Assembly: GCF_006345805.1 (NCBI RefSeq)
Contig: NC_043000.1
Span: 33,418,001 to 33,482,000 of the forward strand
From: Octopus sinensis
Taxonomy: Eukaryota
Direction of reading: 5' to 3'
Length of the DNA: 64,000 nucleotides
Positions 13,444 through 27,774 of this stretch are shown piece by piece (the stretch's first letter is position 1; each line of letters starts with the position of its first letter). The notes under the pieces were generated by a model, which searched no databases, was not told the origin of the DNA, and saw only the letters and a list, made by a program, of their open reading frames with translations. The translations under genes and the position numbers were made by a program.

Positions 13444-14064
13444 ATATCAAAACAGGAGATTGGAGAAACGTTTCCGTATTATATATATCTTGTTACACAT
13501 ATTTAATTTGTTAATAGGATTGTACATTTTAGAATTTCTAATAGAAGATATCTTACATGTTTTCTGCTACATGAACAATTTCCCCAATCTTCTGCTTTTA
13601 TATATAATTACTCTGCAAAAAATATTTTTCAGAACTTTCGATGATGTTCCTGTATATGAATTTCAGAAGAAAAGAATCTGGTCTTAAAACTTGACCTCGT
13701 GCAGCTATTTGCTTTTTTGACGACATGGAATCAATTTTGTATCCACGCCATTGTATAGCGGAAACTTCCCGGGATTGGATATATTTTCATGTGGGGCCAG
13801 GTGTGTACATGTTTCTTCATATATGAAATCAATCTCATATATGAGTCAATCTGGATTATAGATTGTGAAGCTAGTTAATCCTGCGCCCTACATTAAACGT
13901 ATAACCTATTAACTTAGTTAACAATAACAACAATATAACAACAACAAATAGACAAAAACAGGTAAAAGAATACCATAAATAAATAAAAATCTATCAATTG
14001 AAAAGTGTAAAAAATAATGCAAAACCAAAACAATAAAGATATAAAAGAAAATTGGAAATCAGTT

Positions 14065-14140
14065 GACACCGTAAGGGGAAGGGACACCGCAAGGTGAGGG
14101 GCTGCCGTGAGGTGAGGGGATGCCTTAAGGTGAGGGTACG
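14065..14140. repeat. Degenerate ~18-bp G-rich tandem repeat, about 4 copies
   Basis: AAGGTGAGGGGCTGCCGT-like units. Confidence 0.7.
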
Positions 14141-14939
14141 CCATATGTGTGTGTGTGAGTATGTATATGCATATAAGTATATGTATATATATATATGTAC
14201 ATATACATGTGCGCTCACGTTTGTGTGTATATATGTACGCATATATGTATGTATATATGTATATGGTGTACGTGTGTGTACATATATGTATATATACATA
14301 TATACATATATACATATAAACTTGTATGTATATATTCATATACATGCATGCGTACACATACACACATACATAGAGAGAGAGAAAGAGAGAGGGAGAAAGA
14401 AAGAGAAGGAGAGAAAGAGGGGAGAGATATATATACTCAGAGACGCATTCACATATATTAATTTTATTATGGAAAGACGTAGAAGGAAAGAATAAGAGAA
14501 CCACTCCTCCCCCCGCCACTACAAGCCCCCTCCTCCTCTGTATCTGTAGAAGAGGTTGGGTGGATAGATGAGGCTGGGTGTAAATATGGGGTTGGGTATG
14601 TGTGTGTGTTTGTGTGGAAGATGAAGAAGTTATCTAAGACAACAATCAGGAGAATGGAGAAAACGATTTCAAGAAAATCTTTTAAAGAAAAGCTTTTAAT
14701 TCTTTTCAAGAATTCACCGATGTTTTTTTTTTAAAACATTAAATCCGCTTCTATGTAAATAACTCTGTGGTATGTGTGTGTGTGTGCGTGCGTGGGTATG
14801 TATATATGCGTGTGTGTATAGTGTGTGTATGTAAATGCGTGCACATATACTAAGTTGTATGTAGGTTTCTATCAATCTAAATAGGTGCATGTATATATAT
14901 ATATATATATATACACATACACATATATATATATATCAT

Positions 14940-14971
<32 letters not shown>

Positions 14972-15167
14972 ATATATATTATATAATATTATATATATAT
15001 ATAATATATATATATATATATACATATATATACATGGATATACGCATTTATCTCTACACACAAATATTACATATAGTGAAGTATGTGTATGATATGCATA
15101 TCAATATAAACATAACTACACACATATCTAAACATATATATGTATAAATATGTGTGTGAGTGCACTT

Positions 15168-15320
15168 GCGTGGCTGTGTGGTGAGTAACTTGCTTCCCAA
15201 CCACATGGTTCCGGGTTCAGTCCCACTGCGTAGCATCTTGGGTAAGTGTCTTCTACTATTGTCTAATGCCGACCAAAGCCTCGTGAGCGGATTTGGTAGA
15301 CGGAAACTGAAAAAGCCGTC

Positions 15321-15354
<34 letters not shown>

Positions 15355-15629
15355 CTGTGTGTGTCTGTGTGTGTGTTTGTGTTTGTGTGTGTCTGAGTGT
15401 GTGTGTTTAAATATGTTTGTGTGTCGGTGTTTGACCCCCCCCACCATCGCTTGAAACCGACGTTGTAGTGTTTATGTTCCCGTAACTTAGCGGTTCGGCA
15501 AAAGATACCGATGGGATAGGTACTAGGCTTACAAAACATAAGTCCTAGGGTCAATTTCTTCGACTAAAGGCGGTGCTCCAGCATTGCCTCAATCAAATGA
15601 CTGAAACAAATAAAAGAATGAAAGAATAA
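15168..15629 (+). mobile_element. SINE family A, full length
   Basis: Head, internal (TG)n and tail align with the 13038 copy. Confidence 0.9.
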
Positions 15630-15638
15630 GTCTGTCTG

Positions 15639-15704
<66 letters not shown>

Positions 15705-15745
15705 AATCTATCTGCCCTCTTTCAGTTTCTTCAATAATAATAATG

Positions 15746-15797
<52 letters not shown>

Positions 15798-15811
15798 TGA
15801 TGATGATGATG

Positions 15812-15865
<54 letters not shown>

Positions 15866-15899
15866 GTGTTTTCTTATTAACCACTAAAGGTTGACACCC

Positions 15900-17330
15900 A
15901 TTGAGCATAAGAAAGGACGATGCAATGTGAGATTACAAGAAAATAAGAAAACAAACCACAAATCCCACCCTATGACATCTCTGTTGACTGGCTTAGAGAA
16001 TACGTTGCCTGGATGCGATCTAGAAGACACATTGTCGTTTGTTCAGGTCCGCATTGGTACATTCTGGAAATCCATAGATACCTATCAGACACTTGGAAAC
16101 GTTTGAGTAGGTTCATGAGGCTTTTTCTCACTAATCTCCTAATCAGATAATCCCCACATAATCCCACTGGGCATCCAAAATACTGTTCCAGTCTCCCATC
16201 AGTATTAAAGAGCGGGGCGTTCCTTGAAACTCTCCTTATTGGTTTAAAGCACTTCTCAAACGAGTTTGTGTTTCTTGCTCCTACTGTCTGGACTTCATTT
16301 CTATATATAGGGTGTTCGGGATAAATTTGATGCTTTTTTTTGTCCTTTTTTTGGGAAACAGTTTGATGTATTAGTAAAGAGTCAACAGCGTTGGAGAGCA
16401 TAAAGGTTAAATTTGTAGTTGAGGAAAAGTTAGCTGACATGGAAGCCTGGAAGCCATCTGAATATTGGAAAAGAGTCACCGGTATCATGATGATTCGCAC
16501 TGGATAGCAAAATGCTGACATCATGACTGCTGCTATTGTTGTTGTTGTTGTTGAGCGTAGCGGTCTTCGTCCCAGAGCTCGCAAGATGGAAGAAGTCCGA
16601 AACGTGGTCCTTTGCTATTCGTAAGACCCGCAGAAGAGAAAGCGGGTAAACCCTCGACACCGAGAGCATCGACGGATGGATGAATGCGCATCCAGGCTCA
16701 GCGGTTGCGTAGGAAGTCGGGGACAAGAAACAGGAAGAAAGAGGGAGAGAAAGTTGGGGCGAAAGAGTACGACAGGGGTCGCCACCACCCCCTGCCGGAG
16801 CCTCGTGGAGCTTTTAGGTGTTTTCGCTCAATAAACATATACAACGCGCAGTCTGCGAATCGAAACCGCGATCCTTCGACCGCGAGTCCGCTGTCCTAAC
16901 TATTGGGCCATGACTGCTGCTCTATGCTCTGTGAACACTGTGAAAGTTGTAAGATCTGACACGGAAGCTGCAACGGAGACTACGAAGCCGTGACCAGCAG
17001 GAAGGGACAAATCAAGAGTTCTGACTGCGTCCGCAAACCGGGATTTGTCCAACAAATTATGAACAGAAACTTAGGCTTAATTCAGACGGCTATGTGAAAC
17101 TTCTGGAGACTGGTCACATCCTGGCTGGAGAGGGTCACTGATGGAAGGCCATATGTGTGGCAGCAGGATTTGGCTCATTGTCATACCTCTGGAAAGAGTC
17201 AGAAGCAGTTGTCGGAGAATTTCTACGACTTCACCCAATTTGGGCCTCCTAATTACCTTGATTGTAATACCAAGAATTACTATATGCGGGTTGAGGTTGA
17301 GAAAGATACTAACCGTTTTTAACAAGGTGA
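15900..17330 (-). pseudogene. Decayed non-LTR retrotransposon, possibly CRE clade, interrupted by a SINE
   Basis: Minus-strand remnants IFLNLNPH (GLxLNPxK-like), PKFLFII-TNP (PKLLYxLRxxP-like) and GFQASM (AFLAS-like). Lies next to a (TAA)n tract. Confidence 0.4.
16535..16908 (-). mobile_element. SINE with family C head and a different 3' tail
   Basis: Head matches 4556-4750 while the tail is unrelated and ends in (CAA)n. 13-bp TSD CATGACTGCTGCT (16522-16534 / 16909-16921). Confidence 0.85.
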
Positions 17331-17629
17331 GGACAAATATCTTTCAAATGTAAACTGATACACCTGTTTGTTGTTTATACACCTGTCTTCGTCTTTTGCT
17401 TCTCTGTAAATTCCAACTGTATATATTTATTTATTTATAATACTTGTTTTTGCGTGTTCTCTGGACCTGCTATGGTATGTTTAAGGATGTTGTTCTTCCA
17501 ATCTTGTCAGGAGATGCTTGGCATTTTTTCGAATGTGGTCATGGAGATATTGATTGTAGCGTTCGTTAGCAAAACCGTTAATAAATGGTTTACTAACCGT
17601 GGTATTGGAATTTGTATTAGCGTTAGTGT

Positions 17630-17820
17630 TCGGCAGTGAGCTGGCAGAATCGCGAGGACTCCGGACAAAATGCTTAGCAGCATTCCTTAAGGCTTTTTTA
17701 CATTCTGGGTTCAAATTCCGCAGAGGTCGGTTCTGCTTTTCTTCCTTTCAGTGTTGACAAATGAAGTACCGAAATTTCCCTCACCCAAATTTCAAGCCTC
17801 AAGTATATTGTAGAAAGAAT
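17630..17820 (+). mobile_element. SINE family B, diverged monomer
   Basis: GAGCTGGCAGAATCG...GGGTTCAAATTCCG...AAGTACC. Confidence 0.75.
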
Positions 17821-18046
17821 CGACGGTGGCGGTGATTGTGGGGGGAGGTGGTAGTAGTAGTAGTAGTAGTGGTGATGGTGATAGCTTTGGTTGCTGCTGC
17901 TGCTGCGGCTGCTAGTTTTCTTATTTTCGTTGTCAATGTTACTTTCGTTGTTGCTGTTCTTTCTATTTATCATCGTCGTCGTCGTCGTCGCTAGTAATGC
18001 TAGAGCTGGGCGAGTGACTGATGGTGGTGGTAGTGGTGGTGTCAGA

Positions 18047-18645
18047 AGGTGGTGAGCTGGCAGAACCGTTAGCACGCCGGGCGAAATGCGTAGCCGTATT
18101 TCGTCTGCCGCTACGTTCTGAGTTCAAATTCCGCTGAGGTCGACTTTGTCTTTCATCATTTCGGGGTCGATTAAATAAGTACCAGTTACGCACTGGGGTC
18201 GATATAATCGACTTAATCCGTTTGTCTGTCCTTGTTTGTTCTGTCTGTGTTTAGCCCCTTGTGGGTAGTAAAGAAATAGGTATTTCGTCTGCCGCTACGT
18301 TATGAGTTCAAATACCTCCGAGGTTGACTTTGCCTTTCATCCTTTCGGGGCCGATTAAATAAGTACCAGTTACGCACTGAGGTCGATATAATCGACTTAA
18401 TCCGTTTGTCTGTCCTTGTTTGTTCTCTCTGTGTTTAGCCCCTTGTGGGTAGTAAAGAAATAGGTATTTCGTCTGCTGCTACGTTCTGAGTTCAAATACC
18501 TCCGAGGTTGACTTTGCCTTTCATCCTTTCGGGGTCGATTAAATAAGTACCAGTTACGCACTGAGGTCGATATAATCGACTTAATCCGTTTGTCTGTCCT
18601 TGTTTGTCCCCTCTATGTTTAGCCCCTTGTGGGTAATACAGAAAT
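18047..18645 (+). mobile_element. SINE family B trimer (one head plus three 184-bp bodies)
   Basis: GTATTTCGTCTG restarts at 18096, 18280 and 18464. Confidence 0.9.
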
Positions 18646-19066
18646 TGGTAGTGATGGTGTCACAGACGCCGTATCCTTGGTATCATTGTTGTTATTTTTG
18701 TTGCTCCCACCATAGAATGTGTTGTGTCGGCGTTGGTGGTGGCGGCGTTGGTGGTGCTTTGGCTTAAGATGGTGAAAGCAGCGTCAAGACTGCTGTTCCA
18801 AATATTATTTACCTCCCTCCGTGACCTTATCAAAATCTTTGACGCTAAAGTTTGGTAGATTTTAAATGTTTAGGTTCCAGAAAAAGAAAATAACGAATCC
18901 TGACCCCATTCAAAAGGGCGAAAACAAAACGGAACTGACCAGTTCCTCTGGATCCTCGTCAGTTTAGCAACAAAACAAGAACAGTTTTTACCGTAGGCTT
19001 AAAACAGTTGAAATAAAGAGAACTAACGAGCGATTTGAAGGGGCGTTCTACAGAAACACCACCACC

Positions 19067-19098
<32 letters not shown>

Positions 19099-19197
19099 CA
19101 ATATAAATAATTATTATTATAGCCATCAATCAGCATAATCATCATGATCATTGTCATATCATCATCATCATCATCATCATCACCATCATCATCGTCG

Positions 19198-19249
<52 letters not shown>

Positions 19250-19813
19250 TCGTCGTCGTCGTCGTCGTCGTCGTCATCGTCGTTGTCAAATGATAATGAA
19301 GATCAAATAAAATCGATATCAACTTCCGAAGAAAACTAATCAGCTTGGTTCACCTTTATTGACATATTGATGCTGACCTTTGACCTGTGTATGTCCAATG
19401 CTGTGTGTGTGTGTGTGTGTGTGTGAGTGAGAATGAGAGAAAGAGAAAGAGAAAGTGAAGGAGAGAGAACGTGGAGAGAGAAAGAGAAGGAGAGTGAGAG
19501 ACAGAGAAAGAGAAACATTGAGAGAGAAAGAAAGAGATAGCTATTGTAAAGATGAAATGATGTGAGCGAACGAGAGAGAGAAAGAGAGAGAGAAGGACAA
19601 AGAGTGGGAGGGACAGAAGTACTGAGCGTGAGGCAATGAAGTTATGACGTCATCGGGTTCGATTAAACATTAACTCTATGTAAGTCTACGAGATAATTAG
19701 ATAATCGTTGCTCAAGATGGAGTTTTATTAGACATCTTGGAAAGGGAAGCGTGTTTGGGTGACGACAACAGCGTCGTTAGGGAAATTGTTATTGTATGTT
19801 GAAGAACTTACGG

Positions 19814-19868
<55 letters not shown>

Positions 19869-20058
19869 ACACATAACTCATACAGACACGTTCATATATA
19901 CACATACACACACACACACTAATAGAGCACACACACATACTAATGCAACGCACACATTCATATATACATATCTACATCCACATACACACTCAAACACACT
20001 AATGCAAAACACACACATATACACACACACACTAATGCAACACACACACATTCATATA

Positions 20059-20476
20059 TATTTCTTTACTACCCACAAGGGGCTAAACATAGAGTGGACA
20101 AACAAGGACGGACAAAGGGATTAAGTCGATTACATCGACCCCAGTGCGAAACTGGTACTTTATTTGTCGACCCTGAAAGGATGAAATGCAAAGTCGACCT
20201 CGGCTGAATTTGAACTCAGAACGTAACGACAGACGAAATACCTATTTCTTTATTACCCACAAGGGGCTAAAGACAGAGGGGACAAACAAGGACAGACATA
20301 GGTATTAAGTCGATTACATCGACCTCAGTGCGTAACTGGTACTTAATTTATCGACCACGAAAGGATGAAAGGCAAAGTCGACCTCGGCGGAATTTGAACT
20401 CACAACGTAACGGCAGCCGAAATACTCCTAAGCATTTCGTCCGGCGCGCTAGCGTTTCTGCCAGCTCGCCACCTTT
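20059..20476 (-). mobile_element. SINE family B dimer
   Basis: Two bodies joined at GAAATACCTATTTC; one head ending GCCAGCTCGCCACCTT. Confidence 0.9.
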
Positions 20477-20509
<33 letters not shown>

Positions 20510-20587
20510 TCATATATACATATCTACATTCACACACACACACACACACATACACACACACACACACACATAGTAATGCAACACACA

Positions 20588-20624
<37 letters not shown>

Positions 20625-21377
20625 ACTTCCATATATATACATTTACACACACGTACACAATATTATCTTCGCTTAAGTAGGTTCGCTGGCAATGGTCTTC
20701 TTTAATGCGTAGTACTCAATACATGATAGAAATGTAAATCTTTTTTTAACATTCTGTATTTAAAACTTGTTATTTTAACGGTTACAGTATTATTGTCATG
20801 GAATTACATGCAAACCCACACACATACACGCATAAGCACACACACACGTCAGAAAACATTTATACTCACGCACATATAGATGAATTACGTGGCTGCGCAC
20901 ACACATGCATATACACATGTACACACACACACACACACACACACACCACACACACACACACACACATACACACACACTCACTCACACGCACACACACACA
21001 CGCACACACACACACACACATACACACACACACACACACGCACACATTTGAAATTTTAGCGACATCACTTCTCTGAGAAAAACTTCCGGGTGAAAATGAC
21101 GGCATTTCGCTTCTGTCTTCTCTTTCAAACTCCCTGTTAAAACCATTATAACCCCTGCGCATGCGTTGTAGAATCGGGTGGAAGTGCTGAACATGGTATC
21201 TAGACAGTTCTTGCTTTTCATATACATTTTAAACACCTGTAATGGGAGCTTTTGCCCCATTATAGATAACCTTCAATTGATTCAAGTTCATCCTCTCACT
21301 CACTTTATTACTCTATCCTATGAGAGACCGTACCTTATGTATATTTAGCATGCAGAAGGGGCCCCTGGGACAATACC

Positions 21378-21614
21378 TATTTCTTTACTACCCACAAGGG
21401 GCTAAACACAGAGAGGACAAACAAGGACAGACAAACGGATTTAGTTGATTATATCGACCTCAGTGCGTAACTGGTACTTAATTTATAGACCCCGAAAGGA
21501 TAAAAGGCAAAGTCGACCTCGGTGGAATTTGAACTCAGAACGTAGCGGCAGATGAAATACCACTAAGCATTTCGCCCGGCGTGCTAACGTTCTGGCAGCT
21601 CGCCGCCTTATTGT
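21378..21614 (-). mobile_element. SINE family B monomer with TSD
   Basis: TSD CCCCTGGG(A/G)CAATACC at 21362-21377 / 21615-21630. Confidence 0.9.
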
Positions 21615-21729
21615 CCCCTGGGGCAATACCGCCTCAGCCTTAGCGTGCGTGTGTGTCTACATATATTCATACATACACATACATATTAATATACATCCAT
21701 CCACACACACACACACACACACACACACG

Positions 21730-22500
21730 CGCGCGCGCGCCATGATATCGATGTTTTAATGTTAAACAACTGAAAGATGACGACTGCAGTAAAGAAAACC
21801 TGAAAGGGAGAGAATTCCGACGGGAAGTCATTCGGCGGAGGAAGGATTGGGATTTGTTTGTGTGAAACCTGAGAAATGGGTAACAATAGGGGTGGATGGT
21901 GGAGGGGTGAGGTGACAGAAGAGGCAGAGTGAAGAGCATCTTGGAGAAGAGATTGGAATATATTGGTGAGTTCCTGGCAATGTGTCAGATACGGTGTACA
22001 ATGTTTATATAGGAGTAGCTCCGCGTCACATATGGCAGCTATATTCCATGGTGGACGTCACTTCATCTTTGTAAAGATCTATTAGTGGCTGTCGCTTGCT
22101 GCAATATTTTATGACTCTGACCACGAAGAGCAGGATTTGGGGTGAAGTTGTTATGTTTAGGACGTGCGGTCACCAGACGAGATTACCAAGAATGTGTGAG
22201 CGGATGTCGACTTTGAAGGTTCGAGTTGGGTTATGTTTATCTTTGAAGGATTGTGGGATACGACAAGGGTTGCTGGTGTGAGCAGCGATGGTGTTGGTGA
22301 AGGAGACAAGATCAATATTGTGGAGTTTTCGGGAATGTTTTCGAGGTGTATGATGAAGAGGGCAGTGAAGGAGTGATGTCAGATATGTTTGGCAGAATGT
22401 GATGGTTCTCAAGTGTGGAATACTTTGGAAGAGTGAAGAGGGTAGCATCCGTGTAGGGGGTGATTGCAAGTAGAACCATCCTGACTGAGATGTCTGTGGA
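21730..22500 (-). pseudogene. Decayed LINE ORF2 3' region (CR1/Jockey-like)
   Basis: Minus strand LIDLYKDEVTSTMEYSCHM*RGA matches the LLxLYKxxVRPxMEYCSHIWxGA motif. Confidence 0.6.
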
Positions 22501-22706
22501 GATCTTTCTGGAAAGGGATATTAAACAACAAAAACATCTAAAAAAAAAAACAACTAAAAAAAAAAAAAAACAAAACAAAAACGATCGGTTGCAGTTTGAG
22601 AAACGATAGATTAGCAAGATGTGTGATGCATGGAGATATTGGTATTCCTGCAGGAGTTCAGTAAAAGACAACCAGTTTGTAGGGGTGCTGGTGGTGAAGG
22701 TGATAT

Positions 22707-23092
22707 TGCAGCTAATTACAAAAATGAAAGGCAAAGTAAATTCCGAAGGCGTTTGAACTCAGAAAATAATGCCGGACGAAATGCCGATAAGCATTTTGTC
22801 CGGCGCGGTGACGATCCTGCCAGCCAATTGCCTTAGATGAACAATATATCGAAAGATAATTCAATATATGTTGTTTTAAAGGCGGCGAGCTGGCAGAGAC
22901 GTTAGCACACCGGGCGAAATGCTTATCGGTATTTCGTCTGTCTTTACGTTCTGAGTTCAAATTCCGCCGAGGTCAACTTTGCTTTTTATCCTTTCGGGGT
23001 CGATAAATTAAGTACCAGTTGCGTACTGGGATCGATATAATCGACAGGTCCCCTCCCACTTTATTTCGAGCCTTGTGCCCTGAGTAGAAAAG
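22707..23092. mobile_element. Two divergent SINE B copies (22707-22834 minus, partial; 22879-23092 plus, with tail type 2)
   Basis: The plus copy has TSD AATATATG(T/C)TGTTTTA (22863-22878 / 23093-23108). Confidence 0.85.
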
Positions 23093-23859
23093 AATATATG
23101 CTGTTTTAGTGGTTGTGTAGTCCTGCTTTAATTGTGACTGAGAAGATCTATGATCAAAAGTAGGTTGTTATCCTGAGTAGATTTATGATAAAAACAAACG
23201 CCCTCCAGTCTTGCCCATCCTGTTATTTGCAAGACAAAATGTCTCTAAAACTAAATATCAAATATAATTTTAGAAATAATCTTTTTTCAAGATCCTAATG
23301 TGTGTATGTGTGTGTTTAATGGTAACGTGGCTGTAATCTCTGATACTTTGACGTCTTACGTTGAACTTCTCTCGTTAGAGCGACATATCTAAATTAATAA
23401 TTGCTAAAATATTCCTAATTCACTTTTTAATATGTTTAACAAATTACTAAATAAGATTTACTGGACATGTCGATATACAGGAGACATACGCAATTTACAG
23501 CTACAACCATTAAAGAACGCACACACACACACACACACACGTACAATACACACACATTCACACACTCATACACATACAGCACACACACACACATTCACAC
23601 ACACATACACATACAGCACACACACACACATTCACACACATACACACATACATACATACACACAACACACAAATGTCATATTTATGTAATGTGTAAAAGC
23701 GTTCTATAAAGATTGACGTCATCAAACTTTCTTTCCTTCTTTCTTTCTGAGTAGGATGGGTGGGTGGAGTGGGTGGGGTGGGGTGGGATGAGGAATACCA
23801 TTAACATTGATAGCATAACAAATATAAATGGAATTGTTGTTTGGAAGCAGCACCGGCAA

Positions 23860-24006
23860 CGCCGCCGCCACCACCACCACCACCACCATCACCACCACCA
23901 CCACCACCACCACCACCACCATCACCACCACCACCACCACCACCACCACCACCAAAACGACGACGACGACGACGACCACCACCACCACCACTACTACTAC
24001 TACTAT

Positions 24007-24047
<41 letters not shown>
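23860..24047. repeat. Compound trinucleotide microsatellite (CAC)n(GAC)n(TAC)n
   Basis: Directly visible. Confidence 0.95.
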
Positions 24048-24249
24048 AACCAGCCAAGCAAGAAACCTGCCTCGAGTCGATCGACCAGCTGGAAATAGCT
24101 GGCAAATCATGTCGGATAATGTTGTCCTGAATTCAATGGAACTCGGTGGGGTGGCCACAGCTGGAATAATTGTGATAATATTTTTGCACGTTCATATTTG
24201 ACCGAGGAAAAAACCACCTCACGATAACTATCCATATTACTTCTGCAAC

Positions 24250-24400
24250 AATTTCCGCCGAGGTCGACTTTGCCTTTCATCCTTTCGGTGATCGATAAAA
24301 TAAACAGCAGTTAAGCACTGGGGGGGGATGGGGATCGATGTAATCGACTAGTTACCCTCCTCCGAAATTGTAGGCCTTGTACCAAGGAGGTTTAAAACCA
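24250..24400 (+). mobile_element. SINE B, 5'-truncated
   Basis: CCGCCGAGGTCGACTTTGCCTTTCATCCTTTCGG with tail type 2. Confidence 0.8.
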
Positions 24401-24927
24401 ATATTTTTACTACAACAATCACAAAAATACAATAACAACAACAATAGCAACAACAATGAGAAAAACAACGACGAAAAGAAAAGCAAGGAAAAGGGCAAAA
24501 AAAAAAAAAGGTTCCACTCGACTCGCGCCATCTTTTCCTTGTTATCGTCACAGACTGTGAGTTGCCAAAGTGACAACTGCAGCTTTCAACCAATGTTTTG
24601 GCCTGAAGCCATACATCAAATTCGATAGATTCCTTATCAACTACGATTCCAGCCAATTATCTAACCTTAACTAATCACTTCAGCCACTTCCAACAGAGTT
24701 AATCAACAATGATCAGGTAAAATTTGAAGAGGCATCTTCCATGCTCCTTATGTCTGCTGCTGCTGCTGTCATCAATTTGGCAATCTTCGGGACTGGTTCT
24801 TTAACTTCATTAAATCATCGAATTCCACGAGTTTATCTCATCGAAGTTAATGTCTTGTGGCTGGTGTGGAAACCATTGGCATGAAGGGATACATTAACAT
24901 ATATATGAGGAAAGACAGATAGATAAA

Positions 24928-24958
<31 letters not shown>

Positions 24959-25691
24959 TAAGGAGGAGAGAAAGGTAGAGGGAGAGCAAGAGAGTGAATT
25001 ACGGTGACATCTTGAAGTAAGATATATTCCAGTGGTCTGTGCGTGTTATTTCATTGTGCGTGTGTGTATGTGTGTGAACATGCGTATGTATACACACACA
25101 CACACTATATCCACACATACCGATATGTATACATACATGTATATATATGTATGTGTATGTGTGTATATACATATATATGTATATGTATATATGTGTGTAT
25201 GTATATTCATATATATATACACACACATGCGAACTATATACATCCATATTTATATACATGCATACAAATATGTATTATATATATACATATAATGTTATGT
25301 ATGTATGTATGTGTGTATATTACATATATATATGTGTATGTATATATATATTATATATATATATATATATAATATATATTATATATATATATATATATAT
25401 ACATACATATATATTATATATGTATATGTATGTGTATATATATATGAATACACATACACACGCATGCGTACAAACAGATATTCAGAAACATGCACACACA
25501 TTCAAAGACGTAAGTGTTCATTTCTATATTCATTGGCCAAACTGCATTGACAAGGGACGTCATCTCCCGCCTTCGGCAGTTTGTCGAACCGTTTCAGCAA
25601 AGCCCTGAAGTAAGAAATCTCAACCCCCTGTGAAATCCATTTCATCTAAAGGTTTTGCTTTACAAAATGTATAAAGCACATTAGGTAGAGG

Positions 25692-26150
25692 AATGGTTGT
25701 GCGGTGAGAAGCTTGCTTCCTAACGGGTTCGGTCCTACTGCGTGGCATCTTGGGCAGGTGTCCTCTGCCGAGGTCGACTTTGCCTTTCATCCTTTCGGGG
25801 TCGATAAATTAAGTACCAATTACGCACTGGGGTTGATATAATCGACTTAATCCGTTTGTCTGTCCTTGTTTGTCCCCTCTATGTTTAGCCCCTTGTGGGT
25901 AATAAACATATATATATATATGTGTGTGTGTGTATTGACCCCACCACCAGCACCAGTACCACCAGCACCACCAGCACCAGCACCACCACCACCACCACCA
26001 CTGGACAACCGGTGTTGGTTTGTTTACGTCCCCATAACTTAGCGGTTCGGCAAAGGCAACCGATATAACTAGTACCAGGCTTTAAAAAGTTGTGGTATCG
26101 ATTCGTTCGAATAAAATATGGCCTGCAGTCTAATGACTGAAACAAATAGA

Positions 26151-26189
<39 letters not shown>

Positions 26190-26372
26190 TCAGTCATTTG
26201 ACTACGGTCATGCTGGATCAATGTCTTTAATCGAACGAATCGAACCCAGGACTTATTCTTTGTAAGCCTAGTACTTATTCTATCGGTCGCTTTTGCCGAA
26301 CCGCTAAGTTAGGGGGACGTAGACACACCAACATCGGTTGTAAAGCGATGGTGGTGGGACAAACACAGACAA
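25692..26372. mobile_element. SINE mosaic: A head, B body (25767-25906), A 3' half, then an inverted A 3' half (26185-26372)
   Basis: Each segment aligns to other copies in the window. Confidence 0.8.
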
Positions 26373-26387
26373 TATGCAATATGATTC

Positions 26388-26989
26388 TTATTTTTTTACT
26401 GTCCACAAGGGACTACACACAGAGAGGGCAAACAAGGACAGACAAACGGATTAAGTCGATTATATCGACCCCAGTGCGTAACTGGTACTTATTTAATCGA
26501 CCCCGAAAGGATAAAAGGGAAAGACGACCTCGGCGGAATTTTAACTCAGAGCGTAGCGGCAGACGAAATACCTATTTCTTTACTACCCACAAGGGGCTAA
26601 ACACAGAGAGGACAAACAAGGACAGACAAACGGATTAAGTCGACTATATCGACCCCAGTACGTAACTGGTACTTATTTAATCGACCCCGAAAGGATGAAA
26701 GGTAAAGTCGACCTCGGCGAAATTTGGACTCAGAACGTAGCATCAGACGAAATATCTATTTCTTTATTACCCACAAGGGGCTAAACACAGAGGGGACAAA
26801 CAAGGACAGACATAGGTATTAAGTCGATTACATCGACCCCAGTGCGTAACTGGTACTTAATTTATCGACCCCGAAAGGATGAAAGGCAAAGTCGACCTCG
26901 GCGGAATTTGAACTCACAACGTAACGCAGACGAAATACCGTTAAGCATTTCGCCCGGTGTGCTAACGTTTCTGCCGACTCGCCGCCTTA
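26388..26989 (-). mobile_element. SINE family B trimer
   Basis: Three bodies, one head at ~26935-26989. Confidence 0.9.
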
Positions 26990-27197
26990 AATGTAATAAG
27001 TTTCTTCCTTTTAAAAAATGCTAGAATGTGATTTGCGGGACGTTTAACTACTGTTTCTAGTAGGTGGAGTAACCAGGTAGAGATTCCCTACTTTCAGTAT
27101 TTTTTTTCAGGATTGTTTTCTTTGTTTTTAGATAAGGAAAGCTGGAGCTAAATTGTAAATTGATGGAAAATTCCTTATTCCCACAAACAGGAATATC

Positions 27198-27774
27198 CTT
27201 TCTACTATAGGTACAAGACCTGAAATTTTGGGGAGGGGGACGACTCAATTACATCGAACCCAGTACTCAACTGGTACTTTATTTATCGACTCCGAAAGGA
27301 TGAAAGGCAAAGTTGACCTCGGCAGAATTTGAATTCAGAACGTACGGCGGGCGAAATACCTATTTCTTTACTACCCACAAGGGGCTAACCACAGGGAGGA
27401 CAAACAAGGACAGACAAACGGATTAAGTCGATTATATCGACCCCAGTGTTAACTGGTACTCATTTAATCGACCCCGAAAGGATGAAAGGCAAAGTTGACC
27501 TCGGCGGAATTTGAACTCAGAACGTAACGGCGGGCGAAATACCTATTTCTTTACTACCCACAAGGGGCTAACCACAGGGAGGACAAACAAGGACAGACAA
27601 ACGGATTAAGTCGATTATATCGACCCCAGTGTTAACTGGTACTCGTTTAATCGACCCCGAAAGGATGAAAGGCAAAGTGGACCTCGCAGAATTTGAACTC
27701 AGAACGTAACGGCAGGCGAAATACCGCTAAGCATTTCGCCCGGCGTGCTAACGATTCTGTCAGCTCGCTGCCTT
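27198..27774 (-). mobile_element. SINE family B trimer with terminal type-2 tail and 17-bp TSD
   Basis: TSD CCACAAACAGGAATATC at 27181-27197 / 27775-27791. Confidence 0.9.

Noticed and set aside
15970-16584. 204-aa minus-strand ORF as a host gene
   Set aside because: It starts in a SINE tail and microsatellite and runs through decayed LINE sequence.
18940-18970. Minus-strand CTGACGA hammerhead core
   Set aside because: No GAAA after the possible stem II.
24550-24890. LINE RT relic (MYGFRPK on the minus strand); similar hints at ~28900-29320, ~38500-39270 and ~60400-60720
   Set aside because: Only single short motifs; too decayed to annotate by eye.
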